A stretch of DNA of 64,000 nt from contig MU053934.1 of NCBI GenBank assembly GCA_013239625.1, forward strand, positions 5,660,399-5,724,398, in the 5' to 3' direction. Source of the stretch: Lama guanicoe. Its lineage: Eukaryota. Positions 13,376 to 26,970 of the stretch are shown one piece after another (position 1 is the first letter of the stretch; the number at the start of each line of letters is the position of its first letter). Made by a program: the position numbers and the translations under genes. The notes under the pieces were generated by a model. The model was given only the letters and a program-made list of their open reading frames with translations. It made no database searches and was not told the DNA's origin.

Positions 13376-13982
13376 AAAATTATCACCTTTCCAAAACCTC
13401 TAAAATTAATTTAAAATAGTAGTCATGAAGGGTTTTAACATAGGAATTAGTTACTCAAAGTTAAACTCACTCATCTCTTCATGTAAGTTCTGGCATAGGT
13501 TTATAATTTCAAAGTGAAATATATTGAGGGAAAAACAAGCAAGAGTTGTAGAAAGTTGCAAGTCCTATAAAATGAATGAGGCCAACTAGGACGATATGCC
13601 TAGATGAGCAATGACAACGGTCTTGGCTTCACCACGTTTCCTTTTCTGTGTTCTCTTTCCAGAAAACCTACCCCCAGGAAAAAATTCTCCAAATTGTGCT
13701 TTTAAAAAGTTGTACTGTTTATTATAATGAATTGTAATGATTCAAAACTTATTAATGCAAGCCCACTCAGGTTTCTCAGATTAGAAAATGACTGAGGCTA
13801 TGACTCACCCATGAACGCTTCGCTGTTAATTAGGAAACAGCAACGATGTGTTTAAAGTCAGGGAAAACAGACAACAGATTTCTAACAAAAAAGAATACCC
13901 TTATGTTAACTTAGAACTTACTATAGAAATGTTTGCTTCCTGACACTATATGAACACGAATATGATGACATAAGACACTCAC

Positions 13983-14043
13983 CTTGTAGTCGAAGTCGAG
14001 CTGTATCCAAGGGAAAAAATACTGTCATTGCTGTCATGCTTCC
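13983..14043 (-). CDS. SLC25A17: SLC25A17 coding exon 2
   Basis: 61 nt, GSMTAMTVFFPLDTARLRLQ; carrier signature PLDTARLR; AG 14044-14045, GT 13981-13982. Confidence 0.98.
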
Positions 14044-15917
14044 CTGAAAAGTTTGAAAAGCCTTTAGCCATTAGAGTATCACAAAAATAATGAGCCACAA
14101 CTTTTAAACGAACAAAAGTTCATTACTGTCAATGAGTCAAGTCAAATTTTCAGTGAACAAATATACACAATATTTTAATCTATTGGGATCATTATTGCTC
14201 AAATTTCTATAGTTATATACTTGAACAGAAATACTTAATTTTTCAAAATGTTTTTCCTCTCTCTCTCTGATATGGAAAAAGAAAATGTAGTAGGGTCCCT
14301 CGAGATAACAAACTTTGGGGTTTACAACCTAGGACACATGTCAAAGACAGTAGGTAAATGGACTTTTAAACTTTTACTGGTCAGTTACTGTTCCTAAGCC
14401 TTCTTTGATACCACCAGAAACCAAAATATCTAGTAACCAAACAAATACATACTTCCATACGCTCTGCTTAATCAATATATTCACACAAAGTAAGAAATGT
14501 CAGAATCATATTGTTCTTTAAAATAGTTGTTTGCTTGTGTGTTAAACAAAATAGGGGCAATATCTTTGCTACAAATTCTACAAATAATGCATCTAGGATA
14601 ATGCGATGACAAAAATTATCAGTAGAAAAAAAAAAGAAGCCAACAGTCTTTCCATTGCTAAGACCCTATGGCAGATAAAAACCATTAGCATATAGTTAGG
14701 AATAAAGTTATACACATGAAATCTCCAGGTGCGTTTATGGTTCTCAGCCTAGATGCAGACCCACGGCTGTATATTCTCAGGCATAAGATCAAGCATTAGG
14801 CTACTGATCTAATAACGGTTACAGACAATATTTTTACCATGGTAACAACTGGAAACTCGGTCAACATCATAGATAAGAACAGAAATTTCCTAGGTCCCTT
14901 ATCTAAATAGGTCGGCCTGCTTGACAAAAGAGAACACTGTACTCTCCTACTAGTATTCTTCAAAACTCAGGTCAAATGTTACCATGCCTACCCGTCAGGG
15001 TACAACTGGCTGTTCCTTCCTTCCTCTATGTCCCCACAACATTTGTTTACACGTCTCTTACAGCACTGATATTACAGTGGAATCTAACTCTTCCTCCGGG
15101 TTGTAGGAATACTCATTCTCTTTGATATCAGAGATTCTTAAATAAATGTTTATTAAATTCACTCTACTTTCAGTTATGTATGCTGTTTTGATGACTTCCA
15201 CATAGCTGTTCTTTCCTAAAAAGAAACAGGTAATATTTAACATCTCAAGAAATAGTCGATCTGCAAAGGTTTATAGTCTACAAATCTGTGCTTCTGGCGT
15301 CCTTGCTCCCCCTCAGGCAATTTTCAAGAAAAATGGGGGCTGGAAAGCTGGAGAACACTTTTCAAGGTTATTAAGGTTGTGGCATTTACTTCCCATCACG
15401 TGGTCTGAGCATATGTATGCAGGGTGCTGCATAGACAGGGCAAGTCCAGGCAGAAAAGTCCTGCCTGGAAACTACTTTTTCAAACAATTAGACCTCCATC
15501 CCTCCTCCCTGCCAGCTTTAAATAGACATCTAAGTTTCCTAACTTACAAGTCCTTGCCCTACCTATCCTGAAATCTTAAAGTACAACTTATACCAAGATA
15601 AAGAGAACAGTCAGTCCAAAGAGCTGAAAGGTCTATCGCCTCCTCAAGGACTGGTATAAAAAAATTCAAATCTGTAAATCTAAAAAACACTTAAAATGTG
15701 TTAGTACTAGAAAGACTGGATCAAGACGGTGAACTGATCCAGTTCAAAACCCACTTCTGCCTCCTCCCCATTCCAATCACTAATGACAGAAAAGATTCAT
15801 ATATAAAAGTATTGTGTAGAAAAGCAGAGAGGGGTCTGATTGGTGGACCAGAAATTGACAGCAGAGTGAGGCTGTTTTGAAAGAAGAAATCACAGACCAC
15901 AATGCACAGAAGATAAA

Positions 15918-16364
15918 TATGGCAGGTACAATAATGATCCCCTGAAAGTTGACCACATCCTAATCCACATGACCTGTGAACACATTATATGGCAGGTTGC
16001 TGATCAGCTGACCTTAAAAAAGAAGACTGTTCTGGATTATCTGAGTGAGCCCAAAGTAATCATAAGGGTCATTAAAAATAGAAGTGTAGGTGGGAGTGAG
16101 GCAATGTGAAGACTCAACCCATCATTGCTGGCTTTAAGATGGATAAAGGGGCCATCAGCCAAGGAATGGCAAGCCAGAAAAGGCAAGGAAATGGATTCTC
16201 TCCTGGAGCCCCCAGAAAGGAACGCAGTCCTGCTGACACCTTAATTTTAGCTCAGTGAGCCCTGCATCAGACTTTTGACCTACAGACCTACCAGATATTA
16301 AATTTGTGTTGTTTTAAGCCACCCAGCCTGGTAATTAGTTACAGCAGCAATGGAAAACTAATAA
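15918..16364 (+). mobile_element. MaLR solo LTR (MLT1C/D-like)
   Basis: Starts ...aataatgatcccc...catcctaatcc; ends tgtgttgttttaagccacc...gttacagcagcaatggaaaactaata. Confidence 0.85.
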
Positions 16365-16911
16365 AGAGAATTACTACAAATGGTGGGGACAAGCACTGGG
16401 AAGCAGAAGGGAGCTCTGGGGTGACTTTCTGGGTGACTGGCTGGCCCCATGACAAACAGCCATGCAATCCGGCTCCCACTGTCACACCTTGCCAGGACCA
16501 ATGCCCCCTTTTCACCACAATCCCCGGAGGCCAGCAGCAGTAAACAGGCCCAGGCAGGGGGAGGGGTGTGCAGTGGCAAGGAAATAAAAAGCTTACTAGT
16601 TTTAAGGAAGGATACACACACACACAAATGTATTCAAGGCTTTGTCAGAAAACCTAAGTTTAAATGTGAGAATCAAAAAGTTAAGGCTGAAGTTGAAGTG
16701 GCAGTTTCCATTTCCAGCAATATGTTGACCTAGACCACATACTACAGAGTACCTAGAACTGTTCCATAAAACATAAAATATTTTTCAAAATTTAAACTAG
16801 CTAAACTTCACTGGGGCCAGAAAGAAGAGTAGAAACCCACAAGGTTCAGTCTCTTTGGCGTTAGTCGCCTGAGGATTTTTTGCCAGTCTAAGTGATCGAG
16901 GGGCTTTATTA

Positions 16912-17436
16912 TTATTTTTAATTGAAGTGGAATTCACGTAACATAAAACTGACTATTTTAAAGTACGTCATTCAGTGACATTTAGTACACTCACAATATT
17001 GAGTAATCACCACCTCTATCATGTTCTAAAATATTTTTATCACCTGAAAAGAAAACTCTGTACCCATTAAGCAGGCAGTCCCCACTTCCCCCTCCACTCA
17101 GCCCTGACAACCACTAATCTGCTTTCTGTCTCTACAGATGTATCTATTCGGGACATTTCATATAAAAACAATCGTGCAAGATGTGACCTTTTGTGTCTGG
17201 CTTCTTTCACTTGGCACAGTGTTTTTAAGGTTTATCCACCTTGTAGTATGTATCAGTTCTTCATTGTCAAGTAATATTCCCTTCTATGTATATACTATAC
17301 TTTGTTTATCCATTGAAAATGCTTTGGAATGAGTTAGAGGTAGTGGCTGCACAACACTGAATATAGTAAGTACCACCAAACTGTACACTTTAAAATGGTT
17401 AATTTTGTTATGTGAATTACATCTCAATTTTTAAAA
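16912..17436. mobile_element. L1MB-like 3' fragments: antisense 16912-~17315, sense ~17320-17436
   Basis: Recognisable L1 3'UTR motifs in opposite orientations. Confidence 0.7.
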
Positions 17437-17439
17437 ATT

Positions 17440-17615
17440 TAATCCTCACAACAACCCAGTGAGGTAAGTACTATTATTCTCTCCATTTTCCAGATGAGGA
17501 AAAAGGTACTAAGAGGTTTTATAACTTTTCTAAAGTCATATACTTTGCAAGTGGCAGAACCAGTATTTGAATAGAGGCAGTCTGGCTCCAGAGTCCACCC
17601 ACACTTAACCATTGT
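17440..17615. mobile_element. MIR SINE
   Basis: tttaatcctcacaacaaccc...ccattttccagatgaggaaa core. Confidence 0.8.
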
Positions 17616-18689
17616 TGTAATTAAATCTTTTAAAATATCACTAATATACTTTTAAAAAGGTAGTATAGTAATATGAGACCTATTTTATGTGTCAAATATT
17701 TTTCTGTGAACTAGTCTAGACAACCAGCACAGAGCCTGGCATAGCATAAGCCCTGAGCTTGTCAATAAATGCATGATTGTATTCACCTACAAGTAAACTT
17801 AACATCCATAAGAAAATGTATTCCAAATGCTAAAGGTAAATTTAGAACACAGCTGTTCTGTACACTGGGGATACTGGGGACTTGCTATATTTGTTTCCTC
17901 ACCAAGCAAACACACAGATGACTGTTTTCATAAGCAGCTATTACCTGAAGGAAAATATTTATTATATATGCAAATCTTATGCCAAGCTATATAATCATAT
18001 GATTTTTCAGAATTTGAATTAAATTCCCTTTTTCATAAATACCATGTTTTGTTTTTAATCTAAGAGTGTCTGTTCACTTATATAAAATTTGAAAGGACAA
18101 AATACTGGGAAGATAACTACAATGTACAGTAAGTTTGCACCAGCGAAGTATACAAATCAATCCATTATTTGGAGTCCCACAGAATTCTAACCATCTGAGT
18201 GGGAGTTCTACTGCTGACAACAACTACAGTTGAAGACTGTTTCCAGAGAAGCAATCTTAAATCTCACCAAAACCAAACATTTTTAGTTACAACAGTCTAA
18301 CAACCCCCTCTGGCATTTAACCATTTGGTGCTGGCATAACAAATTAATTCCTACAACGCATTGGTACCTGGAGCTGGAAAAGCCTTTAGAGGTCAAGCAG
18401 CGGTGCAGACCGTCCCCTGTGAATGAGGCGTCGGCCTGGGAGGCAGAGGTCTGCCCAAAGCCAGGATGGCAGAGGCAGAGCTAGATCCGAGGTCTCCTGT
18501 GCTCCAAGTTCTTCTGCTCCCTGTTCTCCCTCAATCCTCAACCTATTTCCAATTAAGACATAAGTGACTTTTCATGTTTCCACTTGTAAAAGTGTACACG
18601 GTAAATACCTACACATACAGGGAACCAAATTTTCATTCTCAACAAATAATTACTGAAAACATACTACCTGGCAGGATATTCTGTATCTA

Positions 18690-21350
18690 TATTGTCTATT
18701 TTATTAATTTCTCTTTATTACCATCCTTTTCCTTTGCTTGGGTTTATTTTGATATTCTCATCTAACTTCTTGAGATGGATGCTTAGCTCATTGATTTTTA
18801 AGTCTTTCTTTTCCAAACTTGATTTTAAAGCTACTCATTTCCTTCTAGGTATTTCAGTTGTGTCTGACAAGTTGTTTTCCTTACAACTCAGTGGTTTTTC
18901 ATATATTCAGAGTTGTACAACATCCACTATCTAACTCCAGAACATTGTTATCACCTTAAAAGGAAATTGGTATCCATTAGCAGTCCCTCGCCATCCTGTC
19001 TTCCTCCTACACACTGGCAACCACTAATCTATTTTGTCTCTGTTTTGCCTATTCTGTACATTTCATGTAAATGGAGCCAAACAACACGTAACCTTTTGAG
19101 ACTAGCTTCTTTCAAGGCTCAACCATGTTACAGAATCAGAACTTCATTCAATGGGCAGAAGACCTAAATAGACATTTTTTCTTTTGTTACTTGTGCTTTT
19201 GGTGTTATATGTAAGAAACCACTGCCTAATCCAAAGTCATGAAGAGTTATGCCAATGTTTCCATCTAAGAGTTCTGTAGTTTTATCCCTTTATTTAGGTC
19301 TGTGGTTCATTTTGAGTTAACCTTTGTGTGGTGTGAAGTAAGGGTCCAACTTCATTTGTTGCATGAGGAGATCCGGTTGGCCCTGCACCGTTTACTGAGG
19401 AGACTGTTCTTTCCCCATTGATGTTCCCTGGCATCCTTGCCAAAAACCAACTGAACGCAAATTAGTCAGTTTGTTTTCCGGACTCTCAATTCTGTTCCAT
19501 TGATCTACCTGTCCATCCTTATGCCAGTACCAGTCTCTCGATTACTGTACCTCTGCACTAAGTTTTGAAATTGGGAAATATGAATTCCCCAACTTTGGGT
19601 CTTTCTTTTTTTTCTTCAAGGTTGTTTTGGCTATTCTGGATTCCTTGCATTTTCATATGAATTTTAGGATCATCTTACCAATTTCTGCAAAAAAGCAAAT
19701 TGAAATTTTGATAAGGACTACACTGAACCTGTAGATCCTTTTGGGGAGTACTGCCATCTTAACAGTACTGTTCCCCAATCCACTTATTCAGGAAGTATCT
19801 TTCCACTTATTCAGGTCTTTAATTTTTTTCAATGATGACATGTCATTTTCAATGTAGCTACACGTTTTAGTACACACTGTCTGTACTACTGATCAGCTCT
19901 AAAGGCTTTTCTATTTCCATTACGATTTCTTCTTTAACTCACAAATCATTCAGTAATGTGTCTAATTCCCAAACACACACACACACATATATATATTTTT
20001 TTTTTCTTAGCTTTTTTGTTATTGGTTGCTAGCCTGATTGCACTGTGGCTCAAGAATATATTCTGTACAATTTTAAAACTTTTTCAAAATTTAAGTTTTG
20101 CTTTACAGCCCAGTAAATGGTTAGTTTTCACAACTTTTCTGTGTTTGACTTGAAAAGAATGTGTATTTTACAGTTGTTGGGTACAATGTTCTGTATACAT
20201 CTACTAGATCAAGTTTGTTAAATATATATTCAATCCTCTATATTTTAGTTTTTCCTTCCTTGTTTGTTCTATTAATTACTGAAAGATATATTTAAATCTT
20301 CCACTTTGATGATAGATTGTATATTTTTTCTTCAAGTTTTGTTAATTTTTGCTTTAAACATATTTAAACTGTATTACTGGATGAACACAAAATTATTTTC
20401 CTGACATACTGGGCCTTTTTTCTCTATGATGTCATCCTCTTGATCTCTAGTAGTCACTTTACTATAAAGTCTATTTTGTTTGATGTTGACAGTTTTGATT
20501 ACTATTTGTCTGACATGTCTTTTCTCACATTTTTACTTTCAAACTTTCTGTATCTTTTTTAGACGTATCTTTTATAGGGTTTTTTCTTTTTAAAAACCAA
20601 TCTAGCACACACATTTTAAACTGAATCATTAACATTTATTTGAATTTATAGCTAGCACCTTAGTTTGTGCTACATGTCATAATGCTCTATGTTGCCTCTT
20701 CTGCCCTTTCCTGCTTTCTTATTTAACCAGTTTCTAATAAATTTTTGGAAGTTACATATGTAGTTTCTAATTCTTTTACAAGCTATCTAGTAATTATAAC
20801 ATATACTCCTAACTTATCAATTCTAAAAATATTCATCTGGTTTATCCTCCTCCTGAACAATATAAATTTAATTCTGCTGACTCCCACCCACCTTCATGCT
20901 ACTGTTATATATCTTAATTCTAACTTCTTTTTTCTTTTTAATGTCCACAAAACATGTGGTTAATTTGTTTTATTACGTGATCGTTAATATTTGTTCACAT
21001 TTAGCCATGTACAATATTCACCACTTCCTCTACTCTTTCTTCCTTCTTCCATCTCATACCTTCCATCTGGGATCACCCACCCTTTGCATGATGAACAATC
21101 TTTAGAATTTCTTCTAGTGAGGATCTTACCAGGAGAACATTGTTTTTGATGGCCTGGAAATGTCTCTATTTCATGTATGTTTTTAAATTTTTCCTTGGAT
21201 ATAGCATTCTAGGCAGAAAGTCATTATCTCTCAGCAAAATGAAGAAACATTCCACAGCTTTCCTAAGATCATTGTAAATGAGAATCAGGTGCCATTATCC
21301 TTCAGCTCATTAATTCTACCTTCAGCTGTGTCTAATATGTTGATAAACCT
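18690..21350 (-). mobile_element. Nested antisense L1 fragments (L1ME-like interrupted by L1MB-like)
   Basis: T-rich antisense L1 ORF2/3'UTR motifs (gctattctggattccttgcattttcatatgaattttaggatca); boundaries approximate. Confidence 0.7.
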
Positions 21351-24300
21351 GTGCTTGAATTTGAACCCATTACTCAGCTGCAACAATTATCAGTTTATAG
21401 CTATGCATTAAATGTTTAAATTTAAAATTTTATTTGATCAAAGTAAAGCATGCACATAATTGAAAAAGCCATGTAATATAAATGACAAAATAAGTAGTTC
21501 CTGCCCATTTTACTCCATCTGCCTCCCCAGAGACGATTATTTTCTTTTAGCTACTTCTTTTGGAATTTACACATCTCCATAAAATTTTAAAATATCTTGA
21601 TATCTTTTGATTCATCAATTTTAGCCATTATTTACCTTCTATTATGGAGGGTAAGACTCTAGCTTTCATATTCTCCTCTGCCTCCTGTGCCATCATTTTA
21701 AGAGTTATGATTTTTGCTTAAATCAATATTTAGTGTTCCCATGACTATCATGAATCAATTTTTAAATTTCAGTTATTTTACTTTCCATATCTAAATATTC
21801 TACTTGGTTAATTTTCAAATCTGCTTAGCCAATCTTAGTGTCTTGTTCCTTTACATATTTTCTAGCCTTTTTTAGATTACAACTGAAAATTTCATCTTCT
21901 CCTGTCTATTGCTGTTGCTCCTATCTATTGTTCTTGTTCATAATGCCTTGTTTCTCTGTAAGTTTTCACTGAGCTCCTCATTTCCCTTAAATTTTTATTT
22001 TAGGGCATTTTTTAGACCTCATTAAAGATAAGTATCTCTGGAAAAGATTTCTGCCAGGCACTCTGGAGGCCCACCAACCTAGAATCACTCCAAGTTACTG
22101 GCTGTAGGTTTCCAAATCATATAAATAATGAGAATTCAGGGTGCAACCTAAGGGAGGGCTTATGGCTTCAAAATGTCAATGGTGATTTTTCTCTCTCAAA
22201 TTAGCACCAAGGTTGGAGACAGCTGATTTTCCCAGCAAGGAGTAAGATTATTTCGCATTTCCCTTTTAGCATATTCCTTTGGGATTCCAGGTTTATGGGT
22301 GATTCCCTACTGGACTTCTTGTCTTGGACAGAATGGGCCTTTTCTCTTGTTCCCTGTATCTCTGGAAGCTACAAATCTAAAGCTCTGTCTACCTGGCTAA
22401 GCAATTCCTACAGGGCAGACTGCCCTCCTTGACTCTGGGTCCTGACCACTCACTCTTTAGTTCTGAGAGTTCCTTACTTTCTTGTCACATTATCAGTGCA
22501 TTTAAGAAGTTATTGTTTTTTTTTTTAAATTTTGTTTTATGAAGGGAGGTTTTCAGGAGAAGGTGTGATAAGCTCCTTAGTTAGAAACAGAAATCTCATT
22601 TTAAGTATTTTACAATGGCCTACTGCTAGTCCTAGCAAATAAATATTTTAAAATATTTGTGAATGTCTTTATTCCTTTGCTGTTTATTCTATTTTGCTCT
22701 TATGTCTTGATAAGATTATAAAAGGGCAGGTTGGTAATATATTCACATTTTGAATTTATAACCCTATAGCATTTAACACCCTTCTATGTTCCTTGGATAT
22801 GCAACAAATAAACTAAGAAATGGATTCCTAACAATCCCCCTACCTCCAAAAAATTTATAAAATTTTGTAGAGTAACAAACACTAAACAAAAGTAAATCAA
22901 AACAAACATAAAATAGCTACTATTTTACCCTGGATATAAAAAAATAGGAAAATCAAAATCAGGGAGGAAAAACTCCAGAAATCTGAAGTTAGGCCCTTTG
23001 TACATAAGTATCTGATCAAAAGACACCAAAGGTCTTTTAGGGGGCCATTCAAGTAGCCTCAAGAGCATTCAACCTGAAAGACCAGAGCACAAATACAAAC
23101 ACTACTTTAGCAAAGTACATCTCATTTAAAACACTAAGGACTTGAATCAGTTTGAGTGGCAGGTAGGAAAATGGAGAAGGGATATCTACCAGAACTTTAA
23201 AAGAATCAACAGGATTTGCTGACTTACTGGATATGGATTGTAAGAGAGAAGAGAAAGTCACAAGAATGAAGATGCCATTGACAGAAACAGGAAAGTGAAA
23301 AGAGGGATATAGTTTTTAAAAATTACTAGTTCAGTCTCGGACATAGTGAATTTCAGATGATGAAGAATTAAGTACTCTCCCATTTGGGTTCTAATGGTAT
23401 TATGCATCCTGTGTACAAAATTTTACTACAGCAATCACTGTACTGTGTTTAACGGTTAATGAGTTTGTCTTCCTTGTTAAGGCTATGGCACCTCAAGGGC
23501 AGGAACCCGACAATTAATTAACTAATAATTAATTAATGATTAAACAGGAAAAAAAAACTTCAGGCAGTTGGCAATACCATACTGTAGCCTAGGAGAGAGA
23601 TCACAGCTAGAGATACAAATGGCAAGCAGAGTCATATAAATCTCTCAGCCTAAGTTCCTGGGCATTTCTGGCTCTCTCTACTGTGAACAAGCCCATAGCC
23701 AGCACCTGGATTCCTTAATAATTTACCAGCTCCTACATCTCAGGTTACATTGCCAAAACAGATGGTTTATTCATTTTCTGGACTATGTCTCCCCTATAAA
23801 AGGTCAATAAATATCCAGTCTACTTTTCAATTTGGCCAACACAAACACACATGGAGTTGAGCTTAACACCACAAAGTCAGAAGAAACAGCAAGGTAAATC
23901 TGGTCATGACTTGGTTTCCCAAGCATGTGCAATCTTATGGGAATAACAGGCAGGGACACACATAAACACAGAGGCAGAGTATTATGCCCTTTAAGCATGA
24001 ACAATGATGTTTGAGTTGGCCTATCAACCAAATTCAATCATTTTCAAAATGATAATTCACCCTTAAAGGATGAAAAATAATTTTTAAAAATGCATGCTAT
24101 TTCTAAAGTCCGTTTCCAGAGAGGCATCTAGAAATGGCAGCTGAGTCTCAGCAGCACCACTGAAATCAGTGTACAACATCTCCTAACGGAGTACATGGCA
24201 TTACTGGATAGAAGGATTCTTTTATAAAGAAAGAAAAACAACTAAAATTACAGTCACTGGTAGATGTTGAGCTAATGAAATTCCAAAGATGAAAGCCACT

Positions 24301-24751
24301 TAGGCTTTCATATTCAAAAATGTTATTCCACTTACTCAGAGTTGAATGTCTTTCCCCTGGTATAACAATCAAGCTAACTCTCACACCTATACACAGATAC
24401 ACAAGTTAAACAAAAGGCCTAATGGAAAACACACCTGAGTGTGTAACGGAAAGAGCATGGGCTCTGGAATAAAGCAAACCAAGGGTCAACCCCCCGCTAT
24501 CGTACATACTGCATAATAAGTTACATCAAATTGCCATGCCTCAGTTTCTTCATTTGTAATTTTGAGACCAATACCTAACTGTGGAAGTTCCTGCGAGAAG
24601 CGAGAATTAACTTATGCAAAGACCTAGCATCACACCAGGGACACAGCTGTAACTCAACAAATGTTGCTTCCCATGTATCCTTTTCATGTAGCACCTTTTA
24701 GTACTAGGGCTCAATACTAATCAGGGCCTTAAAATTAGTAATGGTTACCTA

Positions 24752-24828
24752 AGACCCTTCCCAAAAAGTAATTGTTACTTCGTGTAAAAAAAAAAAAAGA
24801 GTAACTGCTCTTTCAGAAGGAGTTTCAA
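24752..24828 (-). ncRNA. Hairpin likely orthologous to human MIR4766
   Basis: Minus strand CCUUCUGAAAGAGCAGUUAC...U13 loop...GUAACAAUUACUUUUUGGGAAGG; resembles recalled hsa-mir-4766, which lies in an SLC25A17 intron; expression not shown. Confidence 0.55.
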
Positions 24829-25874
24829 GAAGGTAGGAGAGTCAACAAGGTAAAATACTACAAAGAAGTAGAATCAAATAAGAATGGAAAACGAGTCAGT
24901 AGACTAAGCCATTAGGAAGTCAGCGACGGCCTGTGGTTCCAGTGATCAGAGGAAGATGAGGAGAGGCCGTAAGTACAAAATAGTCATTAAATAAACTTAG
25001 TATAAAGGGAAGGAGAATGATCAGCCCCTAAGAAGAGGGCACCTCTAGACCAGATTGGTGTGGTTTTATCACAGGGCAGGGCTGAAGGGAAGCGAACACT
25101 GGAAGAAGATGAGCAAAGCAATAGGAAAGAAGTGAAAATTAATGGAGCAAAGTCCCAAAAGATAACTGGAGATGGTGAGCTAAGAGGGGAGGAGCAATAT
25201 CAAAAGCAGCAGAGACGAGCTACGTCTCAGCTTTTCCCGAGACCAGCAGCACAATACAGGAAATTCTATGTACAACTGCAGTTGATGCTGTAGTTAGAAA
25301 AAAAGGAAAAGTGAGAAAGCTCATTATATCCAGAGCAAAAGGTGAGACCATCTTCTACAAGTGAATAGGTAGTGTTGGCCATATGAAATGAGAGAAAATT
25401 TCAATTCCATTGCATTTTTGAAATTGGGTACAAACACTGTATTTTAAGAATATATCTGAAAAAGAAACAAGTGAATTATGGCCTTACTACACTATTATAG
25501 GCACTGCGTTGGGTCCTCCACAAGTGTTAACCACATTTACTTCTCAGGAGAACCCAGTAAGTGAAGTGTAATTGTTCCCATTTTATAGCTGGGAAAACTC
25601 AGGTTCAGAAAGAAAACAGAAATGATCCAATATGATATGGATAGTTATATTTTACTCCAAAACCTTTTTCTTTTTAGCAATTATACCATATTTGTTTCTT
25701 TAAAAAAATAAAATCATAGACTACTGTATGTATGGCAATACAATTTTCTTTATGTTTTTCTAACCTAGACATAAAGAAGCAAATTAAAGTTAGAAAAATA
25801 ATTCCAATAAAGTTTGCATAAGAACCTTTAAGATTAAGAGTACTGAACTGAAATGACCCTTTTACCTAAAGTTT

Positions 25875-26228
25875 ACTGGGGGCAAGTTGGGAGATGAACA
25901 GGCAGAATACAGAGGATTTTTAGGGTGGTGAAAATATTGCAAACAGTAACGTATTTGTGGATATGTGTGATAAAGTCTATCGAAACCCATAGAAGGTACA
26001 ATAAATACCAAGAATGAATCCTACTATAAACTATGGACTTTGGGTGATTATGACCTGTCAATGTAGGTTCATCAATTGTAACGTATGTACCACTCTGGTG
26101 GCAGATGTTGACAATGGAGGAGGCTACATATGTGTGAGTGCAGGGGATATATGGGAAATCTCTGTACTTTCCTCTCAGTTTTGCTGTGAACCTAAAACTG
26201 CTCTAAAAAATTAAGTCTTAAGAAAAAA
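25875..26228 (+). mobile_element. L1MC-like 3' end
   Basis: ctataaactatggactttgggtgattatgacctgtcaatgtaggttcatcaattgtaac...cctaaaactgctctaaaaaa. Confidence 0.85.
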
Positions 26229-26794
26229 CAGCAAGGAAGTAAAGACAATACAAGAAAGACTTTTTCTGATTACTTCCTTTTAAGATTTCTAAACCAAAGT
26301 ATTATAATGCCCTCAGATATATACCAACCTAAGTTAATTCTATGAGAATCTGAGCAGCTAGATCCAAACTCTGGGTCCAGATGAGCCAGCTGTGGAAAAG
26401 AAAACCTTTCCAAAGAAAACTGAACATTTAAATGGTTAGAAATGTGGTTTAAAATGTTCCTGATGAACAATTAATGTCCAAGTACCTCCAGTTTGATTAT
26501 ACATATGTATACTTGATATTTAATGTCACTTTTTTTTCTGATAATCTAAAGATATTCAGAGGCTAGTTTTGAACTAAACAAAGGGATAGGAGGAAAGGGA
26601 CAAGTAGTGTGAAGAAGGGAGCCATGCACAGCAGTGGTAGAGCAGCAGAGAGGGGAGACCTGGGTTCTATATAGCCCCAGGCCTATAACCAAGTAACTTC
26701 CTGGTAACCCTGGCAAAGTCACTGAACACCCCTGTTTCCACTTTCCTGTCTCTATACAAGAATAAAGATACTTGTCCAAGAGCCTCAGACACAA

Positions 26795-26970
26795 ACCTAT
26801 GAAGTGAGTACTATGATCTCCCCCATTTTACAGATGAGGAAACTGAGGCAACAGAGGTTGAGGGGCATGCCCAAGGTCATACATGTGATAAGTGGAAAAG
26901 CTGGGATTTGAACTCAAACAGTCTGGTTTCAGGGTCTACACTTTTTAACCACTCATTATATTGCCTAACT
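26795..26970. mobile_element. MIR SINE
   Basis: ccccattttacagatgaggaaactgaggc core. Confidence 0.85.

Noticed and set aside
23511..23542. AT-rich quasi-palindrome (aattaatta repeats)
   Set aside because: Low complexity; no evidence of function
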